Virus record (IMG/VR): IMGVR_UViG_3300021185_001231
Length of the DNA: 64,000 nucleotides
Direction: 5' to 3' (one strand)
Origin: a virus
Below are positions 54,691-64,000 of this stretch, piece by piece; the stretch's first letter is position 1, and the number at the start of each line of letters is the position of its first letter. The position numbers and the translations under genes are program-made. The notes under the pieces were generated by a model. That model was not told the DNA's origin and ran no database searches. It saw nothing but the letters and a program-made list of their open reading frames with translations.

Positions 54691-57185
54691 CAGAAGAAAT
54701 CCTCAAGTGATGCGCGAGGTTCAGCTGACCAGTCAACTGCCTCTAGTATAGGTAACAATGGATCGAGGAAAGTCTTATCAAACATCTTATCATAGTCGAT
54801 GTACTTATGTAGATTGACCTCGGGCGGTAAGAACTGAGGATAAGATACTACGTTCTCACTGATAGGATTAGGCATCTTAAGATAACAAAACTTGATCTTC
54901 TCACCATTCTTAATATATTCATATCTTTTATCGAGGGAAAGTTTTTTAATCTGATCATTGTACAACAAACTACCACGAACATGTATGGGAGTACCTTTTG
55001 AGTATATACTCTTGGCATCTCTCCACTTCTTAAGATCAGAAACAGACCGAGGGAAGGATACCGACTCTGGGGGAAGAGTACGAAAATCTGTGCGGAAGTT
55101 TCTTATAAAACTTTGAGTATCACTCTCACTACCATTTATAATAACGTGGAAGATTTCCTTGAACTTATCCCTGACCGTCATAGGAGTACTAGACTTGATT
55201 GCCTCGATACCCATCATCTTTAGTTTAGGTTCTGCGTACTGGACACCCTCATTATTATGTACGTTGAGGATGTATCGTTTCTTGGCTACCCAGATACCCT
55301 TGTCCGCGATTACCTCACGACCCATCTCCATTCGGTTTTCATACGCGCCAGTCATGTCAGCCATCTCCTGATACGACTTAGTCAGAACAGGTTCAAAATG
55401 ATCCTTACAAATGTTATCTAAAAACTTAACAGGATTCTTGGGAGAGAACTTTTCGACCAAGGATTCCATTCGGATATATACTGAGTCGGTATCGATCGCA
55501 ACAACATAGTCTTCCTCCGTCTTAAGAAGTTTTTGCATCTCGTCGTTGACGGTTCTTTCTGCCCACTTAATGGCTAACTGTCCAGCCATAGTAATAGACT
55601 CCGCAACACGTTGATCGAAATATCTGAACCATCGGTTACCCAAAGCACCATAAAGTGAGTTCATAAGAATCTTGATTGCCATTTGTTGGTTATCAAGTTG
55701 GGATATCTTATTCTTAAGCGAAGGGTCTTTGGTATTCTCAAACTCTTGTTGGGTCTTCAACATCTCCTTCTTAATAACTTTACGATCATTATAATAACGA
55801 GTAATAATCTCTGGGACAATACCCTTTCGATCATGAGAGAATCTGACTCCGGTGGGAGCGATAGAGTGACAGAGTTTTGTATAATCAAAGTCATCCTTAA
55901 ACAAATTACCTTCTAGTATTTTCTCTACCGATACATCGGGGACAATACCATCAAGGACAGTTTCGGGGGACATATTATATTGAACGATCAGATTGGGATA
56001 GAGTGAGTTCAAGTCAAATGAAGTTACCCAGTTATGTTGACCAACTTGAGGTTCCTTAACATATCCGCCGGGATATGGGGTCTTAGACTTCTCTATCTTG
56101 GGAGGACATGCAATCTTGGATTGGTTCAACATACGATAGATAATGACATCCCATATAGTGGTCGTACCTAGGGTGTCGGAATAGTTAACTCCAGCTCGGT
56201 AGGCCATTGTCATAACCAAATCAATAAGGCCGAGAACTTCATCAATGCGAAGTACGAGTTCGGTATCTTTAATGTTGTAGTCAATATATTTTTGTGGGTC
56301 TTCGATATATAGATTATGCAGACTTCCGTGTTCCTCATAGGACAACTTACGTTCTCCAAGAACAACATTTGCGATGTGATCCAGTCTATAGGATTCTTGT
56401 TGACCTAATGTATTGTAAGTAAATTTACGGAATAGATCAAAGTAATCTAGTTGCGCCACACCCATAATATCAAATGTGTCAGCTTCGTCCATACCAAATT
56501 TATTGACTCGACCCTTCTTAAGTCTGACCACACCCCAAGGAGAAAATTTCCTAGACTCTTCCTCACCGAACAAACGCATGGTCCTATTAATAAGATAGGT
56601 CATATCAAAAGAAGTACTGTTCCATCCAGTGATGATATCGGGGGTCCACTCTTTCCAGTGTTCAATAAACTTGGTCATCAACTCAGCTTCAGTCTCACAC
56701 TTAACATAAAGAACATCGTCTCTAGTATTCTCATAATCAATACAAGACCAGACCCGACGAATTCCATCTCTCTGAATTATCGTGATAGCAGTGACAGGAT
56801 GTTGCGCTAATGTTGGTTCGGGGAAACCTTCCTCAGAGTGAACCTCAATATCTATGTAGGTTACCTCAACATCTTTGGAATCGAAGTTTATGTTGTTGGG
56901 AAACTTTTCAGAAATATATTGGTAAATAAAGTTGTTCATACCATAGACTCGGAAATTTTCTACGTTGTCATAACGTTTTATAAAGTCTGAGGCTTCCTTC
57001 ATAGAATCTAACTGGATGGGTTCTAGATTAATTTGATCTAGTCCTTTCCAAGGAGTCTTTTGTTTTGGGGTAGGAATGAAAAGTGTGGGTTGAAAAGGAA
57101 CGCGTTTTTTTACACGAACGCCGTCTTTATACCCACGGTAGAGGATGTTATTACCGTAACGAGTTACTGATGTATAAAATTCCAT
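54687..57185 (-). CDS. gp43: family B DNA polymerase gp43
   Basis: DIEV exo I, GWN...[28 protein letters not shown]. Confidence 0.98.
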   Translation of the reverse strand: MEFYTSVTRYGNNILYRGYKDGVRVKKRVPFQPTLFIPTPKQKTPWKGLDQINLEPIQLDSMKEASDFIKRYDNVENFRVYGMNNFIYQYISEKFPNNINFDSKDVEVTYIDIEVHSEEGFPEPTLAQHPVTAITIIQRDGIRRVWSCIDYENTRDDVLYVKCETEAELMTKFIEHWKEWTPDIITGWNSTSFDMTYLINRTMRLFGEEESRKFSPWGVVRLKKGRVNKFGMDEADTFDIMGVAQLDYFDLFRKFTYNTLGQQESYRLDHIANVVLGERKLSYEEHGSLHNLYIEDPQKYIDYNIKDTELVLRIDEVLGLIDLVMTMAYRAGVNYSDTLGTTTIWDVIIYRMLNQSKIACPPKIEKSKTPYPGGYVKEPQVGQHNWVTSFDLNSLYPNLIVQYNMSPETVLDGIVPDVSVEKILEGNLFKDDFDYTKLCHSIAPTGVRFSHDRKGIVPEIITRYYNDRKVIKKEMLKTQQEFENTKDPSLKNKISQLDNQQMAIKILMNSLYGALGNRWFRYFDQRVAESITMAGQLAIKWAERTVNDEMQKLLKTEEDYVVAIDTDSVYIRMESLVEKFSPKNPVKFLDNICKDHFEPVLTKSYQEMADMTGAYENRMEMGREVIADKGIWVAKKRYILNVHNNEGVQYAEPKLKMMGIEAIKSSTPMTVRDKFKEIFHVIINGSESDTQSFIRNFRTDFRTLPPESVSFPRSVSDLKKWRDAKSIYSKGTPIHVRGSLLYNDQIKKLSLDKRYEYIKNGEKIKFCYLKMPNPISENVVSYPQFLPPEVNLHKYIDYDKMFDKTFLDPLLPILEAVDWSAEPRASLEDFFC

Positions 57186-57210
57186 AAAGTCTCCATAATA
57201 TATAACAGGT

Positions 57211-57239
57211 ATTATACACTATTCAGCATGGAATGTAAA
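57211..57239 (-). promoter_or_regulatory. sigma70-type promoter for gp43
   Basis: TTTACA-N17-TATAAT. Confidence 0.75.
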
Positions 57240-57245
57240 GTCTTT

Positions 57246-58055
57246 TTAATCGATAACGTGAAAATAATTATGTCTTGTCCAAGGTTTTTTTATATGTCGG
57301 TCTATGTATGTGTGATGATCTTGAGTGACCATCAGACTTTTGGATACTACCTGAGTGGTTGGGTTGGGTATACTGTTCTCTTCGTCTAAATCTGGTTTGT
57401 TAAAGTAAATTCCACAATCTCTACCAAATCCCAAAGTGGTACATTGAGTCCAAGGGTGTACGACGGTAACTTCCTTACCGTGGTATCTAACGCCAGATTT
57501 CTCTAAGTACTGAGTAGAGTATGTTCTATACAATCTCTGAAGAGTGCAGTAAGGACCACAGTTTATAGGGAAATCTTTATTTATTAAAAGATCGTACTGC
57601 CAGGCAGCGCAATGAGTATCTAGAGAGTAACAACCCATAAACAAACCAATGTTTACATAAAAAGGTTGATGTGATCGAGTAAAATCTACCATCAATTCGA
57701 AAGTATTCAAGTGTTGAGGTAACAGGTAGGTATCATGTTCCATCACAAAAAATCTTTCGTCAGATTCAGATTGCATTCTCATAAGTTCCCAATGAGAACA
57801 CATGCCAGCTTTTTCTGTTTCAGAATGATCCTGAGTTTTTTTGCCAGATCTTGTGTCTGCGAACATCAAACTGGGAGACCAATCATATCGATTCAAGTGT
57901 TCCTCAAAATCTGGGGATTGTGGTGTTATCGCATCAAAGGTTCTTATTTCGGAAATGATACCAGCATCGATAACTGGTTGGAAGGATCTTCTAGAAATTT
58001 CCGCGTATTGTTCAGACTTATAGTCTCCTTTCATTACAATTTGATACGCTATCAT
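57246..58055 (-). CDS. GT25-like glycosyltransferase
   Basis: FDAI...E.AG..SH..L......V.EHD pattern; likely start MIAYQI. Confidence 0.6.
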   Translation of the reverse strand: MIAYQIVMKGDYKSEQYAEISRRSFQPVIDAGIISEIRTFDAITPQSPDFEEHLNRYDWSPSLMFADTRSGKKTQDHSETEKAGMCSHWELMRMQSESDERFFVMEHDTYLLPQHLNTFELMVDFTRSHQPFYVNIGLFMGCYSLDTHCAAWQYDLLINKDFPINCGPYCTLQRLYRTYSTQYLEKSGVRYHGKEVTVVHPWTQCTTLGFGRDCGIYFNKPDLDEENSIPNPTTQVVSKSLMVTQDHHTYIDRHIKKPWTRHNYFHVID

Positions 58056-58065
58056 ATATTTTCCT

Positions 58066-58096
58066 AAAAGGTCGGGTGAGCGGTTTAGACTCACCC
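58066..58096 (-). terminator. probable terminator hairpin downstream of hsp20
   Basis: GGGTGAG...CTCACCC followed by GACCTTTT. Confidence 0.55.
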
Positions 58097-58256
58097 TATT
58101 TAAAAAGTTTCTTGACGGTGTTACCTTAGTGGAAATATTGCCATAAAGTAACTTGCCATTAAGACTGAGATTACCAGATACTCAAAATGTTCTACTTCCA
58201 TTTTTTTCACTGTTTTTTTAGTCTTTCTGATTATAGTCCGCATTAGATTCTCCTCG

Positions 58257-58667
58257 CTAATTAATTGAAATTTTGCGAGGTCGCCTTTCTTCAGGTAACT
58301 CTATCTCCATTTGGATCGATAGAATACCGTCCTTAAGAAGGGCACCAGCCACTTCTACATATTCGGACAATCTGAATACCCTTTTAAACTTTCTTGTTGA
58401 GATGCCACGATGGATATAATCCTTGTCAGCAGAACCGCTACTATCACCCACAACAGTGAGAGTACGTTCTATAGATTCAATTTCGATTTGTTCTTGGGTA
58501 AATCCCGCAACAGCGATTTCAATAAGGTAATCTGTGTCTGATACCTTTATTATATTATGAGGAGGATAGTTATCGTTTGCGTTTTTTGCAACGAAGTCCA
58601 ACTCATTAATAAGATGATCGAAACCCACAAACGCGTTACGTGGGAATAATTGCTTTACAGTAGTCAT
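58257..58667 (-). CDS. hsp20: small heat shock protein Hsp20 (IbpA-like)
   Basis: VGFD, YPPHNI, IAVAGF, YIHRGIS.R.F.R.F.L, A.L.DGIL. Confidence 0.95.
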   Translation of the reverse strand: MTTVKQLFPRNAFVGFDHLINELDFVAKNANDNYPPHNIIKVSDTDYLIEIAVAGFTQEQIEIESIERTLTVVGDSSGSADKDYIHRGISTRKFKRVFRLSEYVEVAGALLKDGILSIQMEIELPEERRPRKISIN

Positions 58668-58727
58668 ATTTTTTCTCCATTAGTTTCATGCAAGATTAAT
58701 GGGTACCCGACCATTCGGCATACCCGA
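58668..58727 (-). promoter_or_regulatory. ROSE-like RNA thermometer in the hsp20 leader
   Basis: GGGTA-CCGA/TCGG-TACCC hairpin, then TCTTGCAT pairing with ATGGAGA (SD) with a bulged G. Confidence 0.6.
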
Positions 58728-58792
58728 TTATATATATAAGTATTATAACACAAAGTTTATAAAAAATAAAGTTTTTTTTTTTAAGGAATACT

Positions 58793-59062
58793 ATGTCGAA
58801 CGACAATGAGGAAGAATGGCACGACTACGAAGAATGGAAGCGCCAACATGAAGAGGATAATCCAGATATCAACTATCCATTTGGCATAAACAATTTTAGA
58901 CAGGAAATACCAGCCACAACAACACGCATAGAAGTAGTGGACAAGAATGGTAAGTCTTACACTAATTACGACTGTGATAGAATAACTTTATCTTTTAAGG
59001 ACGAAGGTTTGACTATGCAAGTCGTAATAGAGGATGTTTTGAACAACGCCCCCTACTCTTAG
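58793..59062 (+). CDS. hypothetical protein (only clear plus-strand gene)
   Basis: TAAGGA SD; fills the gap between convergent and divergent genes; paralog of 45413-45583. Confidence 0.65.
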   Translation: MSNDNEEEWHDYEEWKRQHEEDNPDINYPFGINNFRQEIPATTTRIEVVDKNGKSYTNYDCDRITLSFKDEGLTMQVVIEDVLNNAPYS

Positions 59063-59598
59063 AAATATGTTGAGGGGTCCGGATCACCTTCCACACCGAA
59101 AGAAAAAGTTACTCTAGAATCTTTAGGTATTATTTGATGGTGAGTTCCTCTAGGAATCCAAACATAGTCTCCAGCACTAAAAGGGAAAGCTTCATTATCA
59201 TTGATACCTTCTATCCTTAAACCTATAGTAGATATAGCCTGACATAAAAAAACATCCATAGAGTCTTTATGCCAAGGATAACTGTCACTCTCCCTACCAA
59301 AACCACTGAATGCGATATTGGTTATCTTACCTTCATGGAGAGAAAAGAAGTCTTCCATTTCGGAGACTATTTCTTTTGCGAATTCTGGTGCGGAAGGACG
59401 ACTGTGGAAAGAGTTTAAACCAAGTCTCATCTTCTTAGTATTTCTATCATACAACTCTTCGGGGTGAGAATCCATTAAGTGCATATACTTGTTCCAATCA
59501 AAAACTGAAGGAACATCAATTGGAAGTTTTCCGAAAAAGGGCGTTTTTGTTTTTATATTTTTTTCTCTTTCTTCAGAGAAAATTCCATATCCTACCAT
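59059..59598 (-). CDS. cupin/JmjC-like protein
   Basis: WHKD.MDV...GD.VWIPRGTHH...R.TFSF. Confidence 0.75.
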   Translation of the reverse strand: MVGYGIFSEEREKNIKTKTPFFGKLPIDVPSVFDWNKYMHLMDSHPEELYDRNTKKMRLGLNSFHSRPSAPEFAKEIVSEMEDFFSLHEGKITNIAFSGFGRESDSYPWHKDSMDVFLCQAISTIGLRIEGINDNEAFPFSAGDYVWIPRGTHHQIIPKDSRVTFSFGVEGDPDPSTYF

Positions 59599-59612
59599 AA
59601 TACAATCCTATA

Positions 59613-60023
59613 TCAACTATTTCCTATATTGTACTTAGGTTGCAAATTCCAGTTAGTTTTATCTTTATGAGATATTATCTTAATCTGTCTCATTGGGGCA
59701 AATTCTTTTACCATATTCTTATTTTCAATATCTATAAGACCCCAATCCTGTAAGAGAATAGCTATAGTGTTTCTTCTCATAATATCATTCTCTTCCAGAT
59801 TAGATTTCTTACCGTCCAATAAAAACAATTCCTTAAAGTGAACTATAAAGTATCTACCTTGTTTGTGCAGTATGTGACATGATTGATATAATGTGTTGTC
59901 TCTTCTCGACGACACTCCAATTCTAGTTAGAGTTTCCCTCACCTTGAGAAAATCATCGGGTTCTGTCAACACTATTTCTAACATCTTCAGAGGATTCCAT
60001 TCTACTAAATTATTTTCTTCCAC
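59613..60023 (-). CDS. regA: translational repressor RegA
   Basis: DDFLKVRETLTRIG...LYQSCHILHKQGRY.IVHFKELF.LDG. Confidence 0.97.
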   Translation of the reverse strand: MEENNLVEWNPLKMLEIVLTEPDDFLKVRETLTRIGVSSRRDNTLYQSCHILHKQGRYFIVHFKELFLLDGKKSNLEENDIMRRNTIAILLQDWGLIDIENKNMVKEFAPMRQIKIISHKDKTNWNLQPKYNIGNS

Positions 60024-60408
60024 CTTTAAAAACCTTATTTTGTATCACCGCAATCTGTTCTTTCGATAATATAGTTAATGCTTGTTTTGCTTTACTATCA
60101 CTATAACCAAAATACTCTTTCACAGTTTCTATGTTATTAATATTATCCGCTTTAGACCATTTACTAAAACGTTTACGTTTACGTACAATATTTATAAAAA
60201 AATGATATTGTAGTTTACTATCGAGATGATGGAATCTGTTCATCTCATTAGCCATAAAAACTGTGTCGGGAAAATAAGAAAGACTGCGATTAACCATAAA
60301 CGAATTATAAACCTTTTCGTTATCAGTATCTATAGACATAATATCTATCTTAGAATCATTTATACTATTCAGAAAATCGAATGGGGAAAGTGATTTCACC
60401 TTTTTCAT
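60010..60408 (-). CDS. gp62: clamp loader small subunit gp62
   Basis: Y..F.VNR.LS...D......NEMN...KRFSKW; synteny. Confidence 0.93.
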   Translation of the reverse strand: MKKVKSLSPFDFLNSINDSKIDIMSIDTDNEKVYNSFMVNRSLSYFPDTVFMANEMNRFHHLDSKLQYHFFINIVRKRKRFSKWSKADNINNIETVKEYFGYSDSKAKQALTILSKEQIAVIQNKVFKGGRK

Positions 60409-60425
60409 AACAAACCTTATATATT

Positions 60426-60788
60426 TTAATTAGAATCTTTAACAAAAACCCCATCGACCATTCGACCCTTTCTATCTTTAATATCATCGTATGCGACGTT
60501 TAAACAATGTTTTAAAGACAAATTATTTCTTACAGCAATGTTAATGAGGACAACCATAATATCCCCAATGTCATCTGAGATATCATTACCCTTACAAATA
60601 TTATCGGAAAGTTCTCCACACTCCTGCATCAACTTACAGAACTGATCTTTGTCGTTGGAACCCTCGATCAGATTTCTGTCTAGATGCCATCTTTCAATAG
60701 ACTGAATAAGTCTTTCCAAACTTTTTAAAGATTTGTCTCTCTTGAGGAGCTCTCTTTTAGTATAAGTCATAACTTCCATATTACCCAT
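60426..60788 (-). CDS. MazG-like pyrophosphohydrolase
   Basis: W...RNL...Q..KL..E.GEL...DDIGD..VVL...AY..IKDRKG...GVFVK. Confidence 0.85.
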   Translation of the reverse strand: MGNMEVMTYTKRELLKRDKSLKSLERLIQSIERWHLDRNLIEGSNDKDQFCKLMQECGELSDNICKGNDISDDIGDIMVVLINIAVRNNLSLKHCLNVAYDDIKDRKGRMVDGVFVKDSN

Positions 60789-60789
60789 T

Positions 60790-61725
60790 TTATTTTATCT
60801 CCACATTGGCCATGACTTCGGTAAGACAGGCAACTAAGTTAAGTTCGTGATCTGCCACGAACGCATTTTTGTATTGATAGTCCGCAAGTATAAGAACTAA
60901 TTGAGGAATACTCTCGGACACTACATAGTCTTGCATATTGTCGTAGACATCTCTAAATATCGAAGCGGGTTCTAAGTCCATATTATTGACAACCCACTTG
61001 CGCATTTTTTTGAAGTCCTTGTTTTTGATATGAGAAAATAGTTGTGCATAATTACTATTATTATCATTATCTATAACAGTAGTTAGTAAGGTACCACTAA
61101 TAGAACCTCTTTGAGCTTCATTAAGGACTCGTCTCCAATCTGGGGCGTGGCGCATAATGAGACCAGCAACAACATCTTTATTATACTCGACATCCTCTTC
61201 ATTAAGAATAGTTTGAAGACGAGTCATAAACTGACCGCACAATTGAACCATTGTATTCTTACCAAAAGTAAACTCATAATTAGAACAACGAGAATGCAAT
61301 GGTTCGATTATACGATTCTTAAAATTACAAGTGAGAATGAATCGACAGTTCTTAGAGAACTCTTCTATGAAACCTCTAAGGGCGGGTTGAGTAGACTGTG
61401 GATTAAGGTAGTCCGCCTCGTCAAGGATTACAACTTTGTAACCCCCTGAGAGAGATACGGACGAGGCGAACTGTTTAATCTTACCACGTAGGGTATCAAT
61501 ATTACCCTCTTCAGAACCGTTGATGACGATATAGTCAAGTCCAAGTTCTTCGCACATGGCACGAGCGATAGTGGTTTTACCAGTACCAGCCGTACCACTA
61601 AACATCATATTGGGCATATCTCCACCATCCACAATAGACTGGAAAGTGTTTTTAAGATCTTTTGTGAGAATGGTTTCCGATACTTTTGAAGGGCGATACT
61701 TCTCCACCCATAGAAATTCTTTCAT
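60790..61725 (-). CDS. gp44: clamp loader large subunit gp44
   Basis: WVEKYRP, GTAGTGKTT, ILDEAD, SRC. Confidence 0.96.
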   Translation of the reverse strand: MKEFLWVEKYRPSKVSETILTKDLKNTFQSIVDGGDMPNMMFSGTAGTGKTTIARAMCEELGLDYIVINGSEEGNIDTLRGKIKQFASSVSLSGGYKVVILDEADYLNPQSTQPALRGFIEEFSKNCRFILTCNFKNRIIEPLHSRCSNYEFTFGKNTMVQLCGQFMTRLQTILNEEDVEYNKDVVAGLIMRHAPDWRRVLNEAQRGSISGTLLTTVIDNDNNSNYAQLFSHIKNKDFKKMRKWVVNNMDLEPASIFRDVYDNMQDYVVSESIPQLVLILADYQYKNAFVADHELNLVACLTEVMANVEIK

Positions 61726-61757
61726 AGTTACTCCATAATATATAAGTCAATACACAT

Positions 61758-61786
61758 ATTATAACATAATACGTAAGGTTTGTCAA
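61758..61786 (-). promoter_or_regulatory. sigma70-type promoter for gp44
   Basis: TTGACA-N17-TATAAT. Confidence 0.85.
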
Positions 61787-61807
61787 TCAGTTTCAAGTCT
61801 ATCTTAA

Positions 61808-61949
61808 TAGTTGTGTACATGTTCGGCCCGCCCTATATCTAGACAACCAGATCTAAACATTAGTCTCTTAATCAGTCGACGGGCAACCGATTCGTATTCC
61901 AATCAACTAGGTTGTGTATGAAAGAACTGGACTGGAAAACAGTTCTTTC
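61808..61949 (-). ncRNA. candidate structured ncRNA downstream of tRNA-Arg
   Basis: 10-bp perfect hairpin 61920-61949 and nested long-range stems 61808-61909. Confidence 0.35.
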
Positions 61950-61960
61950 GGGTTTCGGTG

Positions 61961-62037
61961 TGGCACGCCCGGCACGATTCGAACGTGCGACCCACAGCTT
62001 AGAAGGCTGTTGCTCTATCCAACTGAGCTACGGGCGC
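61961..62037 (-). tRNA. tRNA-Arg(TCT)
   Basis: ACAGC-CTTCTAA-GCTGT; CCA. Confidence 0.95.
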
Positions 62038-62041
62038 ATAT

Positions 62042-62117
62042 TGGAGCGGATAGTCGGGTTCGAACCGACGACCTCGACCTTGGCAAGGTTGCGCTCTACC
62101 AACTGAGCTATATCCGC
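62042..62117 (-). tRNA. tRNA-Gly(GCC)
   Basis: CAACC-TTGCCAA-GGTTG; U73-CCA. Confidence 0.95.
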
Positions 62118-62122
62118 AATAT

Positions 62123-62192
62123 TGGAGCGGAGTGTAGGAACTTCCCCTACCTTCAATGAGTGGTACTCATCGACCCAATAACTGACCTCCGC
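62123..62192 (-). tRNA. aberrant tRNA-Gly-like RNA (anticodon ACC, non-canonical D and T loops)
   Basis: GCGGAG/CTCCGC-T-CCA acceptor; GATGA-GTACCAC-TCATT; GTAGG-GGAAGTT-CCTAC; 70 nt. Confidence 0.65.
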
Positions 62193-62197
62193 AAATT

Positions 62198-62273
62198 TGG
62201 CATCCCATACCGGATTCGAACCGATGTTGCTAGGATGAAAACCTAGTGTCCTAACCAACTAGACGAATGGGAC
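62198..62273 (-). tRNA. tRNA-Glu(TTC)
   Basis: CTAGG-TTTTCAT-CCTAG; CCA. Confidence 0.93.
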
Positions 62274-62278
62274 TCTAG

Positions 62279-62470
62279 TTACTTTTCCGTTTTTTCTTCC
62301 GAAACTTCTTCAACCAAACTAATAACTTGAATAGACTGTTCCCTTAGTTGTCCGATAGTAAGAAGTTCTTCACCCTTAAACCCACCTCTACCAGATATAG
62401 TATCAATAACAGCAACAGTAGATCTCGCAATTTTATTGGCTAGGTCATTTAATTTTTTCTGATCGGTCAT
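62279..62470 (-). CDS. small hypothetical protein
   Basis: ID....RG.FKGEEL..IG.LR motif; follows gp45. Confidence 0.7.
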   Translation of the reverse strand: MTDQKKLNDLANKIARSTVAVIDTISGRGGFKGEELLTIGQLREQSIQVISLVEEVSEEKTEK

Positions 62471-62474
62471 CTAT

Positions 62475-63152
62475 TTATTCCCCATATACCGATGATTTTT
62501 CTAAAGCGACAAAGTATTCAATATTAGAATGTGTGCTTCGGAAGTTACTTATAAGTTTGCTAGAGATAGAAACTTCGAAAGATTCATTTACAACTTTGAT
62601 GTTGTTAACGTTTAAAATAAAACTGAAGTCCATGTCTTCAACATAACTACCATCCACACTTATAGAGAAAGAGTTTGAAGTCGGATCTTTAGAATCTCCT
62701 ACAGTTAAAGCGATAGATCCGTTTGATGGTGTTATAGAAATCTCTTGATGACCTAAAGCTGAAGAAGCACGTTTAATCTTGGCGAGAGTTTCCACACTCA
62801 AAGTGAACTTAACCTCACCTTCAGGCATTACAATGTCCTTTGTGGGGGTTGTTAACATGTCCGGATCAGAGTAAAAGTAACGAATAGAAGAGAGTCCTGA
62901 ACCATCTGTGATGGTTGCATAATCTTCACTAAAACTTATATTGGGGCGTTCAACCAACCCAAGAACATTTAAGAACTCATTCAAATCATAAATACCAAAT
63001 GATTTGGGAAAGGTCTCGTCGACAGTAGCTGAAGATACGACATTTCTCGCTACAGCCATAGTTTTAATAGTATTACCCTCACTGATAACGATGTTAGGGT
63101 TAATGTTAGAGTAGTTCTTGAGAACTGATAGAGTACGATCTGATAATTCCAT
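62475..63152 (-). CDS. gp45: sliding clamp gp45
   Basis: LS..TL.VLKN.S.IN, FGIYDLNEFL, Y.VALE; synteny. Confidence 0.95.
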   Translation of the reverse strand: MELSDRTLSVLKNYSNINPNIVISEGNTIKTMAVARNVVSSATVDETFPKSFGIYDLNEFLNVLGLVERPNISFSEDYATITDGSGLSSIRYFYSDPDMLTTPTKDIVMPEGEVKFTLSVETLAKIKRASSALGHQEISITPSNGSIALTVGDSKDPTSNSFSISVDGSYVEDMDFSFILNVNNIKVVNESFEVSISSKLISNFRSTHSNIEYFVALEKSSVYGE

Positions 63153-63181
63153 AATATAATTCCTTAGTTAATATGACATAC

Positions 63182-63210
63182 ATTATACACTATTTCTACA
63201 CTTTTGTAAA
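63182..63210 (-). promoter_or_regulatory. sigma70-type promoter for gp45
   Basis: TTTACA-N17-TATAAT. Confidence 0.75.
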
Positions 63211-63215
63211 GCACT

Positions 63216-64000
63216 TTATGCAACTTTTTTTAATGTGGAGAAATTTTGTTTCTTACTAAACACAAGTTTATTCTCAAAGTGAGCATCCTCAAGTTCAGCC
63301 TTATGAGAGATAACAAAAACATTTGTGTCGTCTCCCAAGGAGTAGATGATCTTCATTAAGTTATCTACACCGTCTTCGTCTAGAGAAGAATCAAAAGTCT
63401 CATCTAGAATCAAAAGATTTGTTGCAACAGAGTTCTTCATCTTAGCCACTTGTCTCCAAGTAAACAATAACGATAAATCTATTCTCTGTTTCTCACCTTC
63501 AGAAAAAGAATCGTAGGTGAATGAATCACGATGTCTAGATCGGATAGTCTCTTGAAAACTTTCGTCTAAATCAAAATGAACAAAGAAGTCTAAAGTCTGT
63601 AAGTACTGATTCGTTAACTGATTTATAACAGGTATATACTGTTTAATAATTTTAGTCTTAATTCCAGTATCTTTCAAAAGTTCAGAAGATACCTGATTGT
63701 AAGAGTGTTGTTCATTTAACTTATACTTCTCATCTTGGAAGGAATGTAACTGATCTCGCAATTCATCCAAGTCTTTATTCGCTTGACCCATATCACCTTC
63801 ACTATCAACAAGACTATCTATGTCAGCCTGTATTCTATCTATCTGAGTCTGGAATTGACTGATAGATTTATTGTTACTGTACATTTCTGTTTGATCTTTC
63901 TGAATAAGAACTAATTCCTCATTAACTCTTTCTATATCGGAATTGACTTCAGACAGTTCTTCAGTAACCTTATGCATTGCTTCATTTAGTTGTTTGGCAC
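63216..64000 (-). CDS. gp46: recombination endonuclease subunit gp46 (SbcC/Rad50-like), C-terminal part
   Basis: coiled coil, FSEGEKQRIDL signature, LILDE.FDSSLD, ISH; frame open to the window edge. Confidence 0.96.
   Translation of the reverse strand, partial: AKQLNEAMHKVTEELSEVNSDIERVNEELVLIQKDQTEMYSNNKSISQFQTQIDRIQADIDSLVDSEGDMGQANKDLDELRDQLHSFQDEKYKLNEQHSYNQVSSELLKDTGIKTKIIKQYIPVINQLTNQYLQTLDFFVHFDLDESFQETIRSRHRDSFTYDSFSEGEKQRIDLSLLFTWRQVAKMKNSVATNLLILDETFDSSLDEDGVDNLMKIIYSLGDDTNVFVISHKAELEDAHFENKLVFSKKQNFSTLKKVA

Noticed and set aside
13646-57185. Introns or inteins in nrdA, nrdB, gp41, uvsX, gp43
   Set aside because: All are uninterrupted and of normal length; the nrdA extra segment is a glutaredoxin, not an intein
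61912-62258. Three ORFs (61912-62106, 61914-62159, 62028-62258)
   Set aside because: They overlap the tRNA-Arg/Gly/Glu genes; artefacts

Overview
64 kb segment of a large, AT-rich T4-like myophage genome, most similar in gene content to marine T4-likes; the host cannot be determined from sequence alone. Nearly all genes are on the minus strand. Reading from right to left: (1) the replication module gp46(partial)-gp45-tRNAs-gp44-gp62-regA-hsp20-gp43-primase-like-epimerase-ugd-uvsX-gp40-gp41; (2) accessory genes (DruA-like, DUF932, DUF5664, two 2OG-Fe oxygenases); (3) a late-promoter-driven curli-type cassette (two small membrane proteins, csgF, csgG, two curlin-like proteins, a FecR-domain protein, a CHASE2 adenylate cyclase); (4) a lipase and small early genes behind near-consensus sigma70 promoters; (5) a block of proteins with T4-like capsid-targeting N-termini, including a ligase-motif protein and a HIGH-family nucleotidyltransferase polyprotein; (6) a modular 1257-aa beta-propeller protein; (7) nrdA with an inserted glutaredoxin domain, and nrdB; (8) sugar-modification genes, a six-tRNA cluster, a lysozyme and a radical SAM enzyme. 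Nine canonical tRNAs, one aberrant tRNA-Gly(ACC)-like gene and several candidate structured RNAs were found by eye. All functional calls come from motif recognition and synteny; no database searches were run.
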